From contig CAVTRY010000012.1 of the NCBI GenBank assembly GCA_963737265.1, positions 64,001 through 128,000 on the forward strand: DNA of 64,000 nucleotides. The letters run 5' to 3'. This document shows, one piece after another, positions 18,623 through 29,082 of the stretch. This stretch comes from an uncultured delta proteobacterium. Lineage in GTDB: Bacteria > Myxococcota_A > Polyangia > Fen-1088. The notes beneath the pieces are model-generated. The model was not told where the DNA came from, ran no database searches, and was given only the letters and a program-made list of their open reading frames with translations. Position 1 is the stretch's first letter; the number at the start of each line of letters is the position of its first letter. The position numbers were made by a program, and so were the translations under genes.

Positions 18623-19948
18623 GGCCGGCGATGTAGCGGCGCAAAGCCGCAATACCGTGCTGGTAGCAACGGTCGCGCAATTCGAGTAACAGGCGAGGCG
18701 CAGTCAACTCGGGCAACGCCGTCAGTCGCTTGACAATGTAGGGTTTGAAGGGCTCCATGATGCCCTTGCTGGCTGGCCGCTCGCTCTGGGTGTCGTCGGC
18801 CAGCGCCCTACGCACCGTCGAGTGGTGAACGCCGAATCGACGAGCCACGGTCTCAATGGGCAGCTTGTCGAGCAACACCAGGCGGCGCATTTGAGCGCGC
18901 AATTCGGCGGTGATCATTGACCACCTCCCGCGGCCAGACCCACCCTGCGCGAGGCTCCGCGAAAATCGCCGAGCTTGCCGATGAATCGGTCACGCCGCTT
19001 GGACGCCGGACGGTGCGACCACTTCACCGCGATGTGCGTCTCATCCAGATCGCCCAGCAGGCGGGCCCAGCGATCGCCGTGCTGGCGGACATCCTGCGCG
19101 TCCGCATCGAGCACAGCGACCAACGACCGGCCATACCAGGCCACCAACGACTCCAACAGCGTGGCCAGCGCACGCGGCTGGCTCGGACATAGCGGCAGAC
19201 GGGCGCGCAGAGATCGAGCCCCGCCCTGGCTCGTGCAGCGACAGCCGTACCTCGTCGGGACACGGCTCGATGGACATCCAAAGTGACTGCGACATGGATC
19301 ATGACCTCCACGCGCCACCCGTCGTCCGCGGGCACCATGCCTGCGTCGCGGGTAGCGCCTACTTCTGGAGGTACAGGTGCCGGGCCCGGCTCGGAACACG
19401 GATGCGTCACTTTCTGCAAAACGCGCTGGTGGCGGTACCGCATCTGGCGGGCCGCGTGTGCGTGCCGACCATCTCGCGTGCCCTGATAGCGTCGGCCCGC
19501 TGCCTGCTGTCGCTCCCGCTTGGCATCATCGGAGCATTCCATCGAGCAGCAACGGTAGCGTCCATCGCAGATCCGGCACAGCAGGAATTCGCCCTCGCAT
19601 CGGGGACAGCGACGGTCGATGAGGTCCATGCCACGGCAGCAAACCCGCCGGGCTGGACTTCTTCAGCGCCCCGTGCGATCCAAGATCTTGCTTGGTGGGT
19701 CTCGTTTGTACGGGGACACCTACGAGGGCTCGGAGCGCTAACTCCGGGCCCTCGGTCTATCTGGGGGCAGCGACCGCTTCCCGTCTACGCCATCGCGCGT
19801 GGCAACATCAAGCCGCGCACCAAGATCCCCCGCGCCCGATCAGATCGGTTGCCCGCGTTTGGGGGGATCGTTTCCAGTCGCGCACGCGGCGGCCCCATCC
19901 CCCTGGCGAAAATGCCGATCCCTGGCCCCATGGGCCTGGCGATTGACA
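18623..19948 (-). mobile_element. IS21-family left end with accessory ORFs and truncated istA
   Basis: Terminus TGTCAATCGCCAGG with internal repeat TCGCCAGG...ATGGGGCC; istA N-terminus at 18623-18917 (IETVARRFGVHHSTVRR). Confidence 0.75.
19024..19629 (-). CDS. Cys-rich IS21-associated hypothetical protein (3' boundary uncertain)
   Basis: CPRC...CRIC...CCSMEC, RHAARQMRYR; lies upstream of istA. Confidence 0.55.
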   Translation of the reverse strand: MDLIDRRCPRCEGEFLLCRICDGRYRCCSMECSDDAKRERQQAAGRRYQGTRDGRHAHAARQMRYRHQRVLQKVTHPCSEPGPAPVPPEVGATRDAGMVPADDGWRVEVMIHVAVTLDVHRAVSRRGTAVAARARAGLDLCAPVCRYVRASRVRWPRCWSRWWPGMAGRWSLCSMRTRRMSASTAIAGPACWAIWMRRTSR

Positions 19949-20140
19949 CCCAAACTATCCCTATATCCGCCAACGAGGTTGGCGCCATCCGCCCGATAGT
20001 TGGCCACTTGGATCGCCAAGCTCTCTACTACCACGCGATCTTGGTTGGCCGCTGGATTGCGAAGGTTCCGGTTCAGAGTTGGAATCTGCCGGCGTAGGAC
20101 TCCGTGATGGCTCCCATTCCTTCCTACCGCAAACGACTAA

Positions 20141-20450
20141 ATGAGGAAGCTTATGAACGAAGACCACTCGAACCTATGGCTGGCGTTTGGACTGCTACTA
20201 TTTCTGGGATGCGAAGCGAAGACCCCTCTCGACTCGCAGGAGGGATCGGCAGGCAGCAGCGCATCCGATTCCCAACCGGGTGGGAACAGTGCCGGGTCGG
20301 CAGCTCTCGCAGGAAACTCTGGGTCGGGCGGCCGAGGGGGGCTTGTTGGAACGAGTAACTCGGGAGGCACAGCAGGCGGAAATGGCGACGCGCGGCTCGT
20401 CAGCGCCTCGTATTCCTTCGGATCAGCGAGTTTCTTGACCAGGAACTCCA
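20141..20450 (+). pseudogene. Lipoprotein N-terminal fragment with Gly/Ser linker
   Basis: LLFLGC lipobox and GS-rich linker, then runs into the antisense of another gene. Confidence 0.5.
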
Positions 20451-20459
20451 CCCAGGCCG

Positions 20460-21025
20460 GGGTAGGTTGTGCCCTCGTAGAAACGCTTCAGGCACTCGCC
20501 CAGCTCCCACGCCTTGAGGTCGCCATCAACCACTACTGGTTTCCCAGTCGCTTGGTCGAGGTAGCTGTACGGATGCCCACGCTTCTCGAAGATCGCGTGG
20601 AAGAGCGCCGTCCAAGCGATAACCATCATCACGGAGAAGCCCTCGGTGCGAAACACCGTGGTTGGGTTGTTGTAGATCTGGAGGGCCAGCAGCGCCGACT
20701 GCCTCGCTTTGAGAAGAAGGGATTCGACCTCCGGCTTCAGGTGGGGTTTTCGAGGATCGGCGCTGATCTCGTCACGCTGGGACATGAGGCAGAGGAACTC
20801 ATCCATCGTGTAGCCGGAGACCCCGATGGCGCGGAGGACACGCCCCTCGCGCTTCACGAGCTTCACCCACTTTTTGGTCAGGTACGTAGTGACCGTGCCA
20901 CCTCTCCATCCTGTGGCAGCGACGAGTTCCTCCTTCGTAAAGGTTGCCGCGTTCCGCTCACGTTCCGTCAGGAAGACGTACGCCCTCTTGATGCGCTCGA
21001 ACGTTGGCGGATGACTGCCCAGCAT
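20460..21025 (-). pseudogene. wHTH + DUF3644-like protein, truncated
   Basis: LLLKARQSALLALQIYNNP..FRTEGF..MVIAWT.LFHA. Confidence 0.7.
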
Positions 21026-21064
21026 GCGGCATGGTTCACTCACGTGGCTAGGGCAGCGAACACC

Positions 21065-21728
21065 TTGTATGTAGTCGCGACACGCTTGTGCGCGCTGTTC
21101 CGACAGCGTCTTGTTGGCCTTGGCTTTCCCCACGTTGTCGGTGTGGCCCGAGATCTCGACGCGCGCGTCCTTCTTGTGGACCATGAAGTCGACCACCGTG
21201 TCGAGGCGCGGGAACGACTCGGGGCGGATCGTCGCCTTGGCGGTGTCGAAGTTGACCCCGTCCAGGATGAGAGGCTTCGGTTCGACCTCACGCTTGTAGC
21301 GCAGGGTCAGCTTGACGGATTGACTCGGTTCGTCCGCCACGGGAACCGTGGCCGCTATCTCCCGCCGACCGAGACCTCAGGTAGGTGATGTCGTATGTCT
21401 TGCCCACCGGCACCAGCACCTCCGCGTACCCCTCGCCGTCCGTCGGGTCGGTGTAGTATTTCGTCTTGTCCGGCCCGGTCAGAAAGATCACGACCCCCTT
21501 GACCGGCCCCTTGTCCTTGTCGACGACGAACAGCTTCATCGCCGCCTCGGTCCTCGTCGGCTTGATCTTCGATGCCGTGGCCCCGTGCGCCTGCTTGGCC
21601 GTGTGCGTGTCCTGAAGCTGGAATTCCTTCTTTTCGTCGGAGGCAGCGGGGGCCGGCGGGGCTGCGTACGCCGCGGTGGTGGCGGCTAGGACCATCGCGG
21701 CGATTGTCGTGTTCAAACGGTGATGCAT
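21065..21728 (-). pseudogene. OmpA-family protein, frameshifted and truncated
   Basis: Signal peptide; GVNFDT, ISGHTDNVG, NKTLSEQRA; C-terminal part missing. Confidence 0.8.
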
Positions 21729-22240
21729 GGGGGAAGCCTCCGTCGGCAGAACTCTGCTCACTTGACGGTAACACGAAGGCGCAGTCGTGGTGGGGGCGAA
21801 AATTGTCGCGAAAATTGTCGACCAGAGAGCCGAGACGGGCTACCCCGGCGTAGACGATCGGGCCAATGGGCCGCGAAGAGATCGCCTTGACCGCGATCCC
21901 GGCTCTCGGCAAGGGCTTGGGAAGCCAAGCAGTTGAGCCTGCTGGGGACCGCGCTTCACTCGCTCGTCGTGGTGCCATACCGAGCGATCGTCTCGACTCA
22001 CCATCACCTCGCCATGCGAGCCAGGAGAAACCGCTCGAGATCACGAAGATTTTGGCGGATCCAGTTTCGGCACAGGATGGGCGGAAGTTGCTTTCTCTTA
22101 ACGTCGGACTTCTGATGAAGCCACCTGGTGGCCGGCACGAGCGTAGTCTTCCCCTGCCGCACCATGGGCGAGTCTTTCCACCGCGGTAAGGGGACAGTTT
22201 GGCCGCGCAGTTGGCCGGACGCTGCCCCCGTCGAAAGTGG

Positions 22241-22837
22241 TCAGAACTGCATGTAAAGGATATCCAGCGAGATCTCGTTACGATGCTCGTGTTGGGTCCA
22301 AATATGGCGATACACCAAGGCGAATAGCCCCAAACTCATGTAGTAGTTCTCCGCCATGGTCTTCATCAACGGCTGAAGGCCCGCCCCAACAAAACCCCCA
22401 GCTCCGTCGGTGGCCATAAGCCCTCCTGCCTCTGTCAAAAGGCCCAGCAAATGCCAGTTGAAGGTCCAGCGCGTTCCTATCAGACTGCGGTATTCCCTCT
22501 CGCCCAGGCGAATCTGTGGCTCCACGAATATGGACGGCCAGACCACCGAATTCTCGTCGGGTGGGTCTGCGAAGAATCTGCGCACGCTGACGTGCACGGG
22601 CCATGACAGGACCGCTCTGACAGGCTTGGTCAACTCCAATCGCAGATCCGGGATGCCGACTTCCAAGGCTGCCAAGACCCCGTTGGCAACCCCGTTCAGC
22701 CCACTCATGTCGGACTGGGCCGCAGCTTGCGGAGGAACAAGGAGCACCCCCATCACCAAGAGCAGCAGGAACCGGCGGCGAGCCGCGTGTCGCGAGCAAT
22801 CTGGGTATTGGGCGTTGTGAAGGTGATGGTACCGCAT
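22241..22837 (-). CDS. Hypothetical exported or outer-membrane protein
   Basis: Signal-like segment, beta-rich, terminal Phe. Confidence 0.5.
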   Translation of the reverse strand: MRYHHLHNAQYPDCSRHAARRRFLLLLVMGVLLVPPQAAAQSDMSGLNGVANGVLAALEVGIPDLRLELTKPVRAVLSWPVHVSVRRFFADPPDENSVVWPSIFVEPQIRLGEREYRSLIGTRWTFNWHLLGLLTEAGGLMATDGAGGFVGAGLQPLMKTMAENYYMSLGLFALVYRHIWTQHEHRNEISLDILYMQF

Positions 22838-22935
22838 AGATCGCCGCGTTGAGAATACTCCCCTGCTGGTCGAGGAGTCGAGGGTGGTGCCAGAAAAATG
22901 GCCGGCCAAGCCAGCGATGCCGTTGGTCAGGCCGG

Positions 22936-23850
22936 CTACGGCAGGCTCAGCGGCGGGTGCTTCCAAAGTCCCTCGTGCTTGAAGCTGATCCACACGAAGC
23001 GCCAGGCGCGGGGCTTGGGTGGCAAGCCAAAGCCCCAGCACCAGCAAGGTCGCCTGGTAGGCCCAGGCGGGCAGCGACACCATCCACGGACGGGGCAAGA
23101 TCCCGGCCACGCGATCCTGGCTCCACACCAATGCATCGAAGGCGCGCGGGCCGCCGGACACGTTGGTGGGCGGGCGCATGAAGCGCAGGCTGGTGAAGTC
23201 GGCGAACCAAGCGACCAAGCACAGTCCAAGGCCGACCCCCGCGGCGATTTGTCCAGCGTTGTAGTGGCTGGGCGACAGCACCCGACGGTTGCGCCAACCT
23301 AGGCCCAACAAGCACGCCATGATTCCGATGGTGGAGAGATCGCCGACGGGAAGTAGGCACAGGCACAACAGGAACCATTGATAGGCCCGCAATGGCGCAA
23401 GCCCGGATTTGCCGAGACGCCAAGAACTGATGGCCAAGATCATCACCAGCATTCCCCACTCGATCACGGGCCCCTGGCTTGGTCCTGCAACCCCGCCGAT
23501 CCAACGCTTGTTTCCCGTCAGATCCCACCCCACCTGATGGTTCACCGACGGCAACCCCAGAGCCACCTCGGGGGTTCGGAAGAATGGCGCTCGAAATCGT
23601 GCTTGCCGGGTGGGATGGCCAAGCGCAAGGCAACCCCGTCCCGCGCGATGGCTTGTGTGGCTCCATCACGAACAATCGATTCCACCACCGCGCCCAGGGG
23701 TAGCCGTATCTGGTGTTCCGTGCCCCGGCTGGCGCGAAGGGTGATCGCCAGCTTCGAGGAGAGCAAGCGCGCGCCCGGTGCGAGCGCCAGTGTGGAGCCA
23801 TCGATGGTCAGCGATTGGCCTGGGGCGCCTAGATTTCCGAATCACTGCCA
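22936..23850 (-). pseudogene. C-terminal fragment of a large myxobacterial membrane protein
   Basis: Several frameshifted pieces (LRASRG.EH.I.LP, GPVIEWG, PRPWMVSLP). Confidence 0.55.
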
Positions 23851-23869
23851 AGTCGTGGATGCCGGGCTC

Positions 23870-24053
23870 TACACCAACAATCACTGCGTTCGCCATCCCA
23901 ACCGCGGCCAGCCGGCCGGCCAACATCACGCTTGGCCCGGACGGCAACCTCTGGTTCGTGGAGTACCAGAGCAGCAAGATTGGGCGCATCACGCCGGCTG
24001 GCGACATCGCCGAATTCTCCATCCCAACCGAGAACTGCTACCCAGAGCGCATC
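23870..24053 (+). pseudogene. Virginiamycin B lyase-like propeller fragment
   Basis: ITLGPDGNLWFVEY..SKIGRITPAG. Confidence 0.75.
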
Positions 24054-24322
24054 CGTCTCCCCGGCCCCGCTAACCGCCCCACCCCACCCAAGAGTTGGTG
24101 GGGCACGTGGGGGGCTCCCCATTCTCCCCACTGAACGAACATTCCCGAACGCCTGGGACAACTGATCTCCGGCGTGCAAGTGGCCGGAATGGCTCGTGTT
24201 CTCGGCAGACATCACTGCCCGCTCCGAAAACGCTGGCCCACTCCCCCTGTTCTATCCTTGTCGCCCCAGACCACGGAATCGTACAGATAGCCAACACACG
24301 GGTGTCCTATACTCCACGGCCG

Positions 24323-25624
24323 ATGCCAAACCTAAGCAATCGTCGAATGGTGCTATTTCTCGTGGCGGTCGTCGGGGGAGCCGGTGTCTTTCCGTCGCCG
24401 GCGGCATTGGCCGGGGAGAATTCCCCAACCTCAGCGGTAGGGTTCGTGCCCGAGAGCCGCGGTCTGCTGACCGTGTTGCCGAAAGGAGAGGGCCGTGTGT
24501 TCAGTGACAAAGCGGGTGGAACGGTGGTCGGAAAGCTGGGCCGCAAGCGCATCAGGCTCCACGATGGAGACCCGGTCCAGTTCGTGGACGACAACAGTGG
24601 CATCGGAATGGGCGAGGACACGTTCGCGGAAGTGGTCTTCAATGCACAAAGGGTGACGGTCCCCAATCAAAACATCATCGTGGAGGATCGACTGAGCCGG
24701 TCGCCAGATGGGACCTGGGCCGTTTTCAGCGGCTTCGTTTCCTGTGTCGATTTCTGCTACGCCAGTGGATGGCTGCTGAGCGCGAATACGCGCATCCGTC
24801 TATCCGAGAGGAGCTTCGGTCCTGATCTGACGGTTGCCTGGCGTAGCGATGGCAAAGAGGTTGCGGTCGGCAGCCGCAGCCTCTTCCTGGTGTCGCTGCC
24901 CGACGGAAAGGTGACGTCTTCCTCTGAATTCACGAGCCCGACGTACGCACCCTCCGGGCGGCTTTTCGTTCGCGGTAACGCAGAGAGCGACGATGCGGTG
25001 TACGAATGGAGCACCGAAGGCAAGCCGCGCAAGGTCCTGGTGGTACCCGGAAGTCCGCCCGTGATGGAGACGGATACCGACCCGGGGGATCCTAGGGCGG
25101 TCACGTTCGCACGCAGTGGGGCATTGACCGCGGAATTCGAGCGTAACGACACGGTCCGCCGACGTACCGTCGCCGCTGGTGACATAGGCAGAAACCTCGA
25201 CGGCCGATCCACGCCCCGCCCCCCGACTCTCGACCAGGCCTTGAAACTGATCGACGAGCCGACATGGCCGCCGGCCACCGCGTCGACGACTGCGCTCGAG
25301 GAGTGTGTGCGTAGCCCCGCGTTCGCACACGAGTTGGCCGTTGCTGCCAATACGCGTGGCTATCGCCTGTTTCAGGATGGCAAGCTGGACGATGCGATTC
25401 CTCTGTTCGACGCAGCGGTCACTCTAGACGGCAAGTACGGGATGCCTCGCTTCAATCTGGCCCGCATCTATGCTCTGCGTGGAAATGCTCCCGAAAGCGT
25501 CGTCTACCTACGCATGCTCAAGGTCATGGGGAAGGCTCAACGCGATAGGCTGAATCGGGCCCGCAACGACAGTGCATTCGAAAAGATCGCCAATAGTCCT
25601 GAGTTCCAGGCACTCTTTCACTAG
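24323..25624 (+). CDS. Secreted beta-propeller-like protein with C-terminal TPR
   Basis: Signal peptide, SPDG/WRSDG repeats, NTRGY...RFNLARIYA TPR. Confidence 0.7.
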   Translation: MPNLSNRRMVLFLVAVVGGAGVFPSPAALAGENSPTSAVGFVPESRGLLTVLPKGEGRVFSDKAGGTVVGKLGRKRIRLHDGDPVQFVDDNSGIGMGEDTFAEVVFNAQRVTVPNQNIIVEDRLSRSPDGTWAVFSGFVSCVDFCYASGWLLSANTRIRLSERSFGPDLTVAWRSDGKEVAVGSRSLFLVSLPDGKVTSSSEFTSPTYAPSGRLFVRGNAESDDAVYEWSTEGKPRKVLVVPGSPPVMETDTDPGDPRAVTFARSGALTAEFERNDTVRRRTVAAGDIGRNLDGRSTPRPPTLDQALKLIDEPTWPPATASTTALEECVRSPAFAHELAVAANTRGYRLFQDGKLDDAIPLFDAAVTLDGKYGMPRFNLARIYALRGNAPESVVYLRMLKVMGKAQRDRLNRARNDSAFEKIANSPEFQALFH

Positions 25625-25668
25625 AGAAGCCGCATTGCTCGGGCTGCTCTCATTCGCAGGGTGGATAC

Positions 25669-26136
25669 ATGAGAAACCTCACGCAAGCCGCTATTGAGAA
25701 CTGGATGCAACCGCCAATGGATCGCCCCTACGAAGAGCTGCTGGAAAAGTATGTCGCCGAGCTGCGGGTCGCGCGCGACGCCGCCCGCGAGTGGTGGGAC
25801 GGACTGCTGCGCGCCGAAGACCCGGATCCGGTCAGCGCCCACACCCAGGTCAGGCTGCGGTGGCCCGCCGGTCCGGCGACCTTTCCGCGCGTGATCCACA
25901 TGTATCGAAAGTTCTATCTCCGATGTGAGGCGCTCAACGACGAGCGCGAGGCGGAGCCAGGAGACCAACCTGCCGCAGCGTGGGGCGAGACCGACGACGA
26001 CAGCGGGCCTGGGACCATCCCCCCGCAAGGGCTCTTGCTCGACAGCCTGGAGGCCGTCGATCCCGAGCTCAGCGAGTTCATGAGCGGATTTGTGTTTTCG
26101 CCCATTGGCATCGACGAGAAAGGCAAGGGCGCCTGA
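25669..26136 (+). CDS. Hypothetical protein (WWDG/AGPA family, paralog 1)
   Basis: Complete ORF with RBS; homologous to the next ORF. Confidence 0.7.
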   Translation: MRNLTQAAIENWMQPPMDRPYEELLEKYVAELRVARDAAREWWDGLLRAEDPDPVSAHTQVRLRWPAGPATFPRVIHMYRKFYLRCEALNDEREAEPGDQPAAAWGETDDDSGPGTIPPQGLLLDSLEAVDPELSEFMSGFVFSPIGIDEKGKGA

Positions 26137-26137
26137 G

Positions 26138-26574
26138 ATGCCGTTTGCACCCACCCACAGCATTCCGCGCGGCCTGCACTGCCTGCTGAAGGCTCCCCAG
26201 GACGTGCCGGTGCGCGATCCCGTGCCGTGGCGCGAGCCGCCGGTCCCCCACGCGGCGGCCTTGCCGCAGCATCAGTCGCTGTTCGCCGAATACAAAGAGC
26301 TTCTGGCGGAGGCCATGGACATCGCCGAGGGTTGGTGGGACGGCATGCTGGAAGCCGCGCGCGACCGCGGCCTGGGCGCCGCCGACGCCGCCAAGGAGGT
26401 GTCTTCTCTGGTGTTCGCAGGGCCGGCCGCGCGCGGCGAGGTGGTGTGGACGGTGCGCACGTTCTGGCTCCGCTGCGTCGCTGTCAACCGCGAGGTCGAG
26501 CCAGCAATGCGGGTGCCGCCTCATGTCCTGTTGCTCGGCTGGCTCGTCGACGACGGCCAGGATCGCTGGGTCGC
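26138..26574 (+). pseudogene. Hypothetical protein (paralog 2), truncated and fused to the hydrolase C-terminus
   Basis: WWDGML, FAGPA, FWLRCVAVN; junction at 26575. Confidence 0.7.
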
Positions 26575-27543
26575 CGCCTGGGCCCGCCCGTGCGGCTACG
26601 CGTTCTCGAGCGTGGTGGACTACGCCAAGTTCGTACAGTTCCTCTACGCTGGGAACGCATCGGTACTGGCAGACAGCGAGCGCGCGGCGATGCAATCCCC
26701 TCAGGTCAACACGCTCGACATTGGCGGCGTCGAGGCCGATCTCGAGAGTTACGGCTTCGGCCTCGTCGTCGATCGCGAGTTCCAAGTCGGCGACAGTGCC
26801 TACGTCACCAAGCTCGTATGGCACAACGGCAGTCTCCCCGGCTTTACGAGCTGGTTTTACCTTGTGCCGTCGACCGGATTCGGGATGGTATGGTTCGCCA
26901 ATGCCGACCAGGTGGAGTTCGCCACGTCTGTCGCCCTCGCGCTGGAGAGCTTCGCCGGGATTGACCAACCCCACCTCATCGCCGCCAGCGGGCCTCGCGG
27001 TCGACTCGAGTCTCTTTCCAAGCTACGCCGGAACCTACGACGACCCGAACGGAACTGGCTTGATCACGGTCACGGCAAACGGGGCAACGCTGTCGATCGA
27101 CATCCCCACGTTTGATGCCGCGAACACAGCGTACGACCACACATTGCAGCCGACCTCGATGGACAACTTCATCGTGACTGTGCAAGGCAGCCCGCTCCCA
27201 CTCACCTTCATCGCCGATTCGACTGGGGCCTACGTGTGGATCCGCACCCGGATCGCCGTGGCGAAACGGGTATTGAACAACGGGGGAACGGCCCCCTAGG
27301 TTCGTCGAGTGCGACGGCGAAGGAAGGCCAGAACGCCGAGGGAAAGCAAACCAAGGATCGCCGATCGCCGGTCTGAAACACCCGCGCCGACGGCGAAGGA
27401 ACAAGCCAGGGGCTCGCGAGAATAGGCTGAGTTGTCGGCGTAGCTTCCTGACTGCATGTTGTTCTCCAGCGCCAGAACATTGCTGGCTTCGGTCGACAAG
27501 TCGGCGTCTTCGAGTGTGGCCGACTCCGATAGCAGCATGGTTC
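26575..27543 (+). repeat. Right copy of the long direct repeat (hydrolase 3' half plus VWA gene 3' end)
   Basis: 969 bp; contains the WHNGSLPGF motif missing from the left copy. Confidence 0.95.
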
Positions 27544-28891
27544 GCGTTCGCTCAAGCAGCGCGGTCGCGCTGTCGACAGCTCCGCTGCGGTTCCAGTAGG
27601 TCTGGCACGCCTGATTTTCAGCCAGGGCCGTGTTGACCAGCGCAACCGTCTTCCGCACCGCACGCTGCGAGTAGAAGATCGTGTCGTCGGCCAGCGGCGC
27701 GCTGGATGAATAGGCGGCCTCAAGGGACTGACGGACCGGGATCGCGCTGCCAGGCGGACTATAAGAAAGACTGAGCTCCGCCAGTGGGCATTGCCCCGCC
27801 GGCCAGGCTCGGTTGACCGGGTCGAGGCGCACCACGATGGCGCCGTGATTCGTAGATAGGAACACGGTGGGAACGGAGAGCTGCACCGTGGTGCTGCCCG
27901 TGCGCCATGCTGAGACACCGTAGACGTTGGTGATTGCGAACCCGGCCGCCGGACTGAGTTGAAACGTCAAATCATACGCCAGCGGCGTCACCAGATAATC
28001 GAAATTGGCATCGAAGATGGTCGCAATCGTGGCGGCATCCTTTAGGAAGAAGTAGTTTCCGCCACGAATCGACGTAATGGCCAGCGCGAGATCCTGATTG
28101 AGATCGGTGCCCACGCCAAACAACGTCAGGCCGATGTTCTGGGCCGCGTCGCTGGTGGCTATCTGGATGAAGGTGGCCTGATCCGTGTCACCGGTGTTGG
28201 TTTCGGCGTCGGTGAAGACCATCACACGGTTGGAGATCCCAGTCTGCCCGGCAAAGGCTTGCACCAGCGCCGAGCCCTGGCGCAGCCCCGCAGCCAGATC
28301 CGTCGCCCCGCGCGCCGCGATTTGGCCGACCGCTGCCTTGAGCGCCGTCTTGTCGCCAACCGGCGTCGACTCGACGAGGACGTCGACGCGATCGTCGAAC
28401 TCCACGATGGAAAGACGATCGCCTTCGCCAAGCTGGTCGATTAGACTATCCAATGCCGTTTTGACGGCGTCGAGCTTACTGCCCGCCATCGAGCCGGATC
28501 GATCCACGACCACCGAAAGATTGAGGAAGGGGCGTTGAAAGGTCGCCGGGTCGATGCCGGAGGAAAAGCCAATTTGCACGAACACCGCCGAGCGGTCCTC
28601 GGTCAGAACCGGCGCCACACCGTACGCGGCATCGATACAAAGGTCTTGCTGGCAACCGAGGGTCTCCAGCGGGAGGTCGTACTGGTTGAGCAGCCCCTCG
28701 ACGGTGAAGGCATCGGGCTGCGGAACCAGTCCTTGCTGCACCTGGCCACTGGCGAGGCCGTTGTCCTGTGCGCCACCCGGCGTGGCGCCCATGCTACTTC
28801 CCGCAGCGCCGGAGCAACCTGCCCCGAGCGCGGCCACCATGCCGAACGTGCAAAAAGCGGAAACGGTACCAAGCAGCGATCTTTTCAACAT
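27296..28891 (-). CDS. VWA-domain lipoprotein with MYXO-CTERM-like tail
   Basis: VVDRSGSM (MIDAS), FTDA, GGNYFF; C-terminal ACS + TM + RRRTRR. Confidence 0.9.
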   Translation of the reverse strand: MLKRSLLGTVSAFCTFGMVAALGAGCSGAAGSSMGATPGGAQDNGLASGQVQQGLVPQPDAFTVEGLLNQYDLPLETLGCQQDLCIDAAYGVAPVLTEDRSAVFVQIGFSSGIDPATFQRPFLNLSVVVDRSGSMAGSKLDAVKTALDSLIDQLGEGDRLSIVEFDDRVDVLVESTPVGDKTALKAAVGQIAARGATDLAAGLRQGSALVQAFAGQTGISNRVMVFTDAETNTGDTDQATFIQIATSDAAQNIGLTLFGVGTDLNQDLALAITSIRGGNYFFLKDAATIATIFDANFDYLVTPLAYDLTFQLSPAAGFAITNVYGVSAWRTGSTTVQLSVPTVFLSTNHGAIVVRLDPVNRAWPAGQCPLAELSLSYSPPGSAIPVRQSLEAAYSSSAPLADDTIFYSQRAVRKTVALVNTALAENQACQTYWNRSGAVDSATALLERTRTMLLSESATLEDADLSTEASNVLALENNMQSGSYADNSAYSREPLACSFAVGAGVSDRRSAILGLLSLGVLAFLRRRTRRT

Positions 28892-29082
28892 GGCCAGCAC
28901 CCGTACAAGTTGTGGTTGAGTCTTGGCCCTAGCGAAAAACGAGCCAAGGCGGCTTACGTTCGAGCGGTTCTCACGATTCGGGCCATAAATGCGGAATTCA
29001 CGAAATCCCAAGGCAACCAGCGCAGATTGTTACGCGACAGCTCCAGGACAAGACTGTCGCGCTCGGCGGTCGGACTGGACGC

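Noticed and set aside
20141-21388. 415-aa ORF and the 305-aa OmpA-DUF3644 ORF as real fusion proteins
   Set aside because: Chimeric read-through across fragment junctions.
19949-26574. Integron cassette array or prophage
   Set aside because: No attC-like sites, intI or phage structural genes; orientations are mixed.
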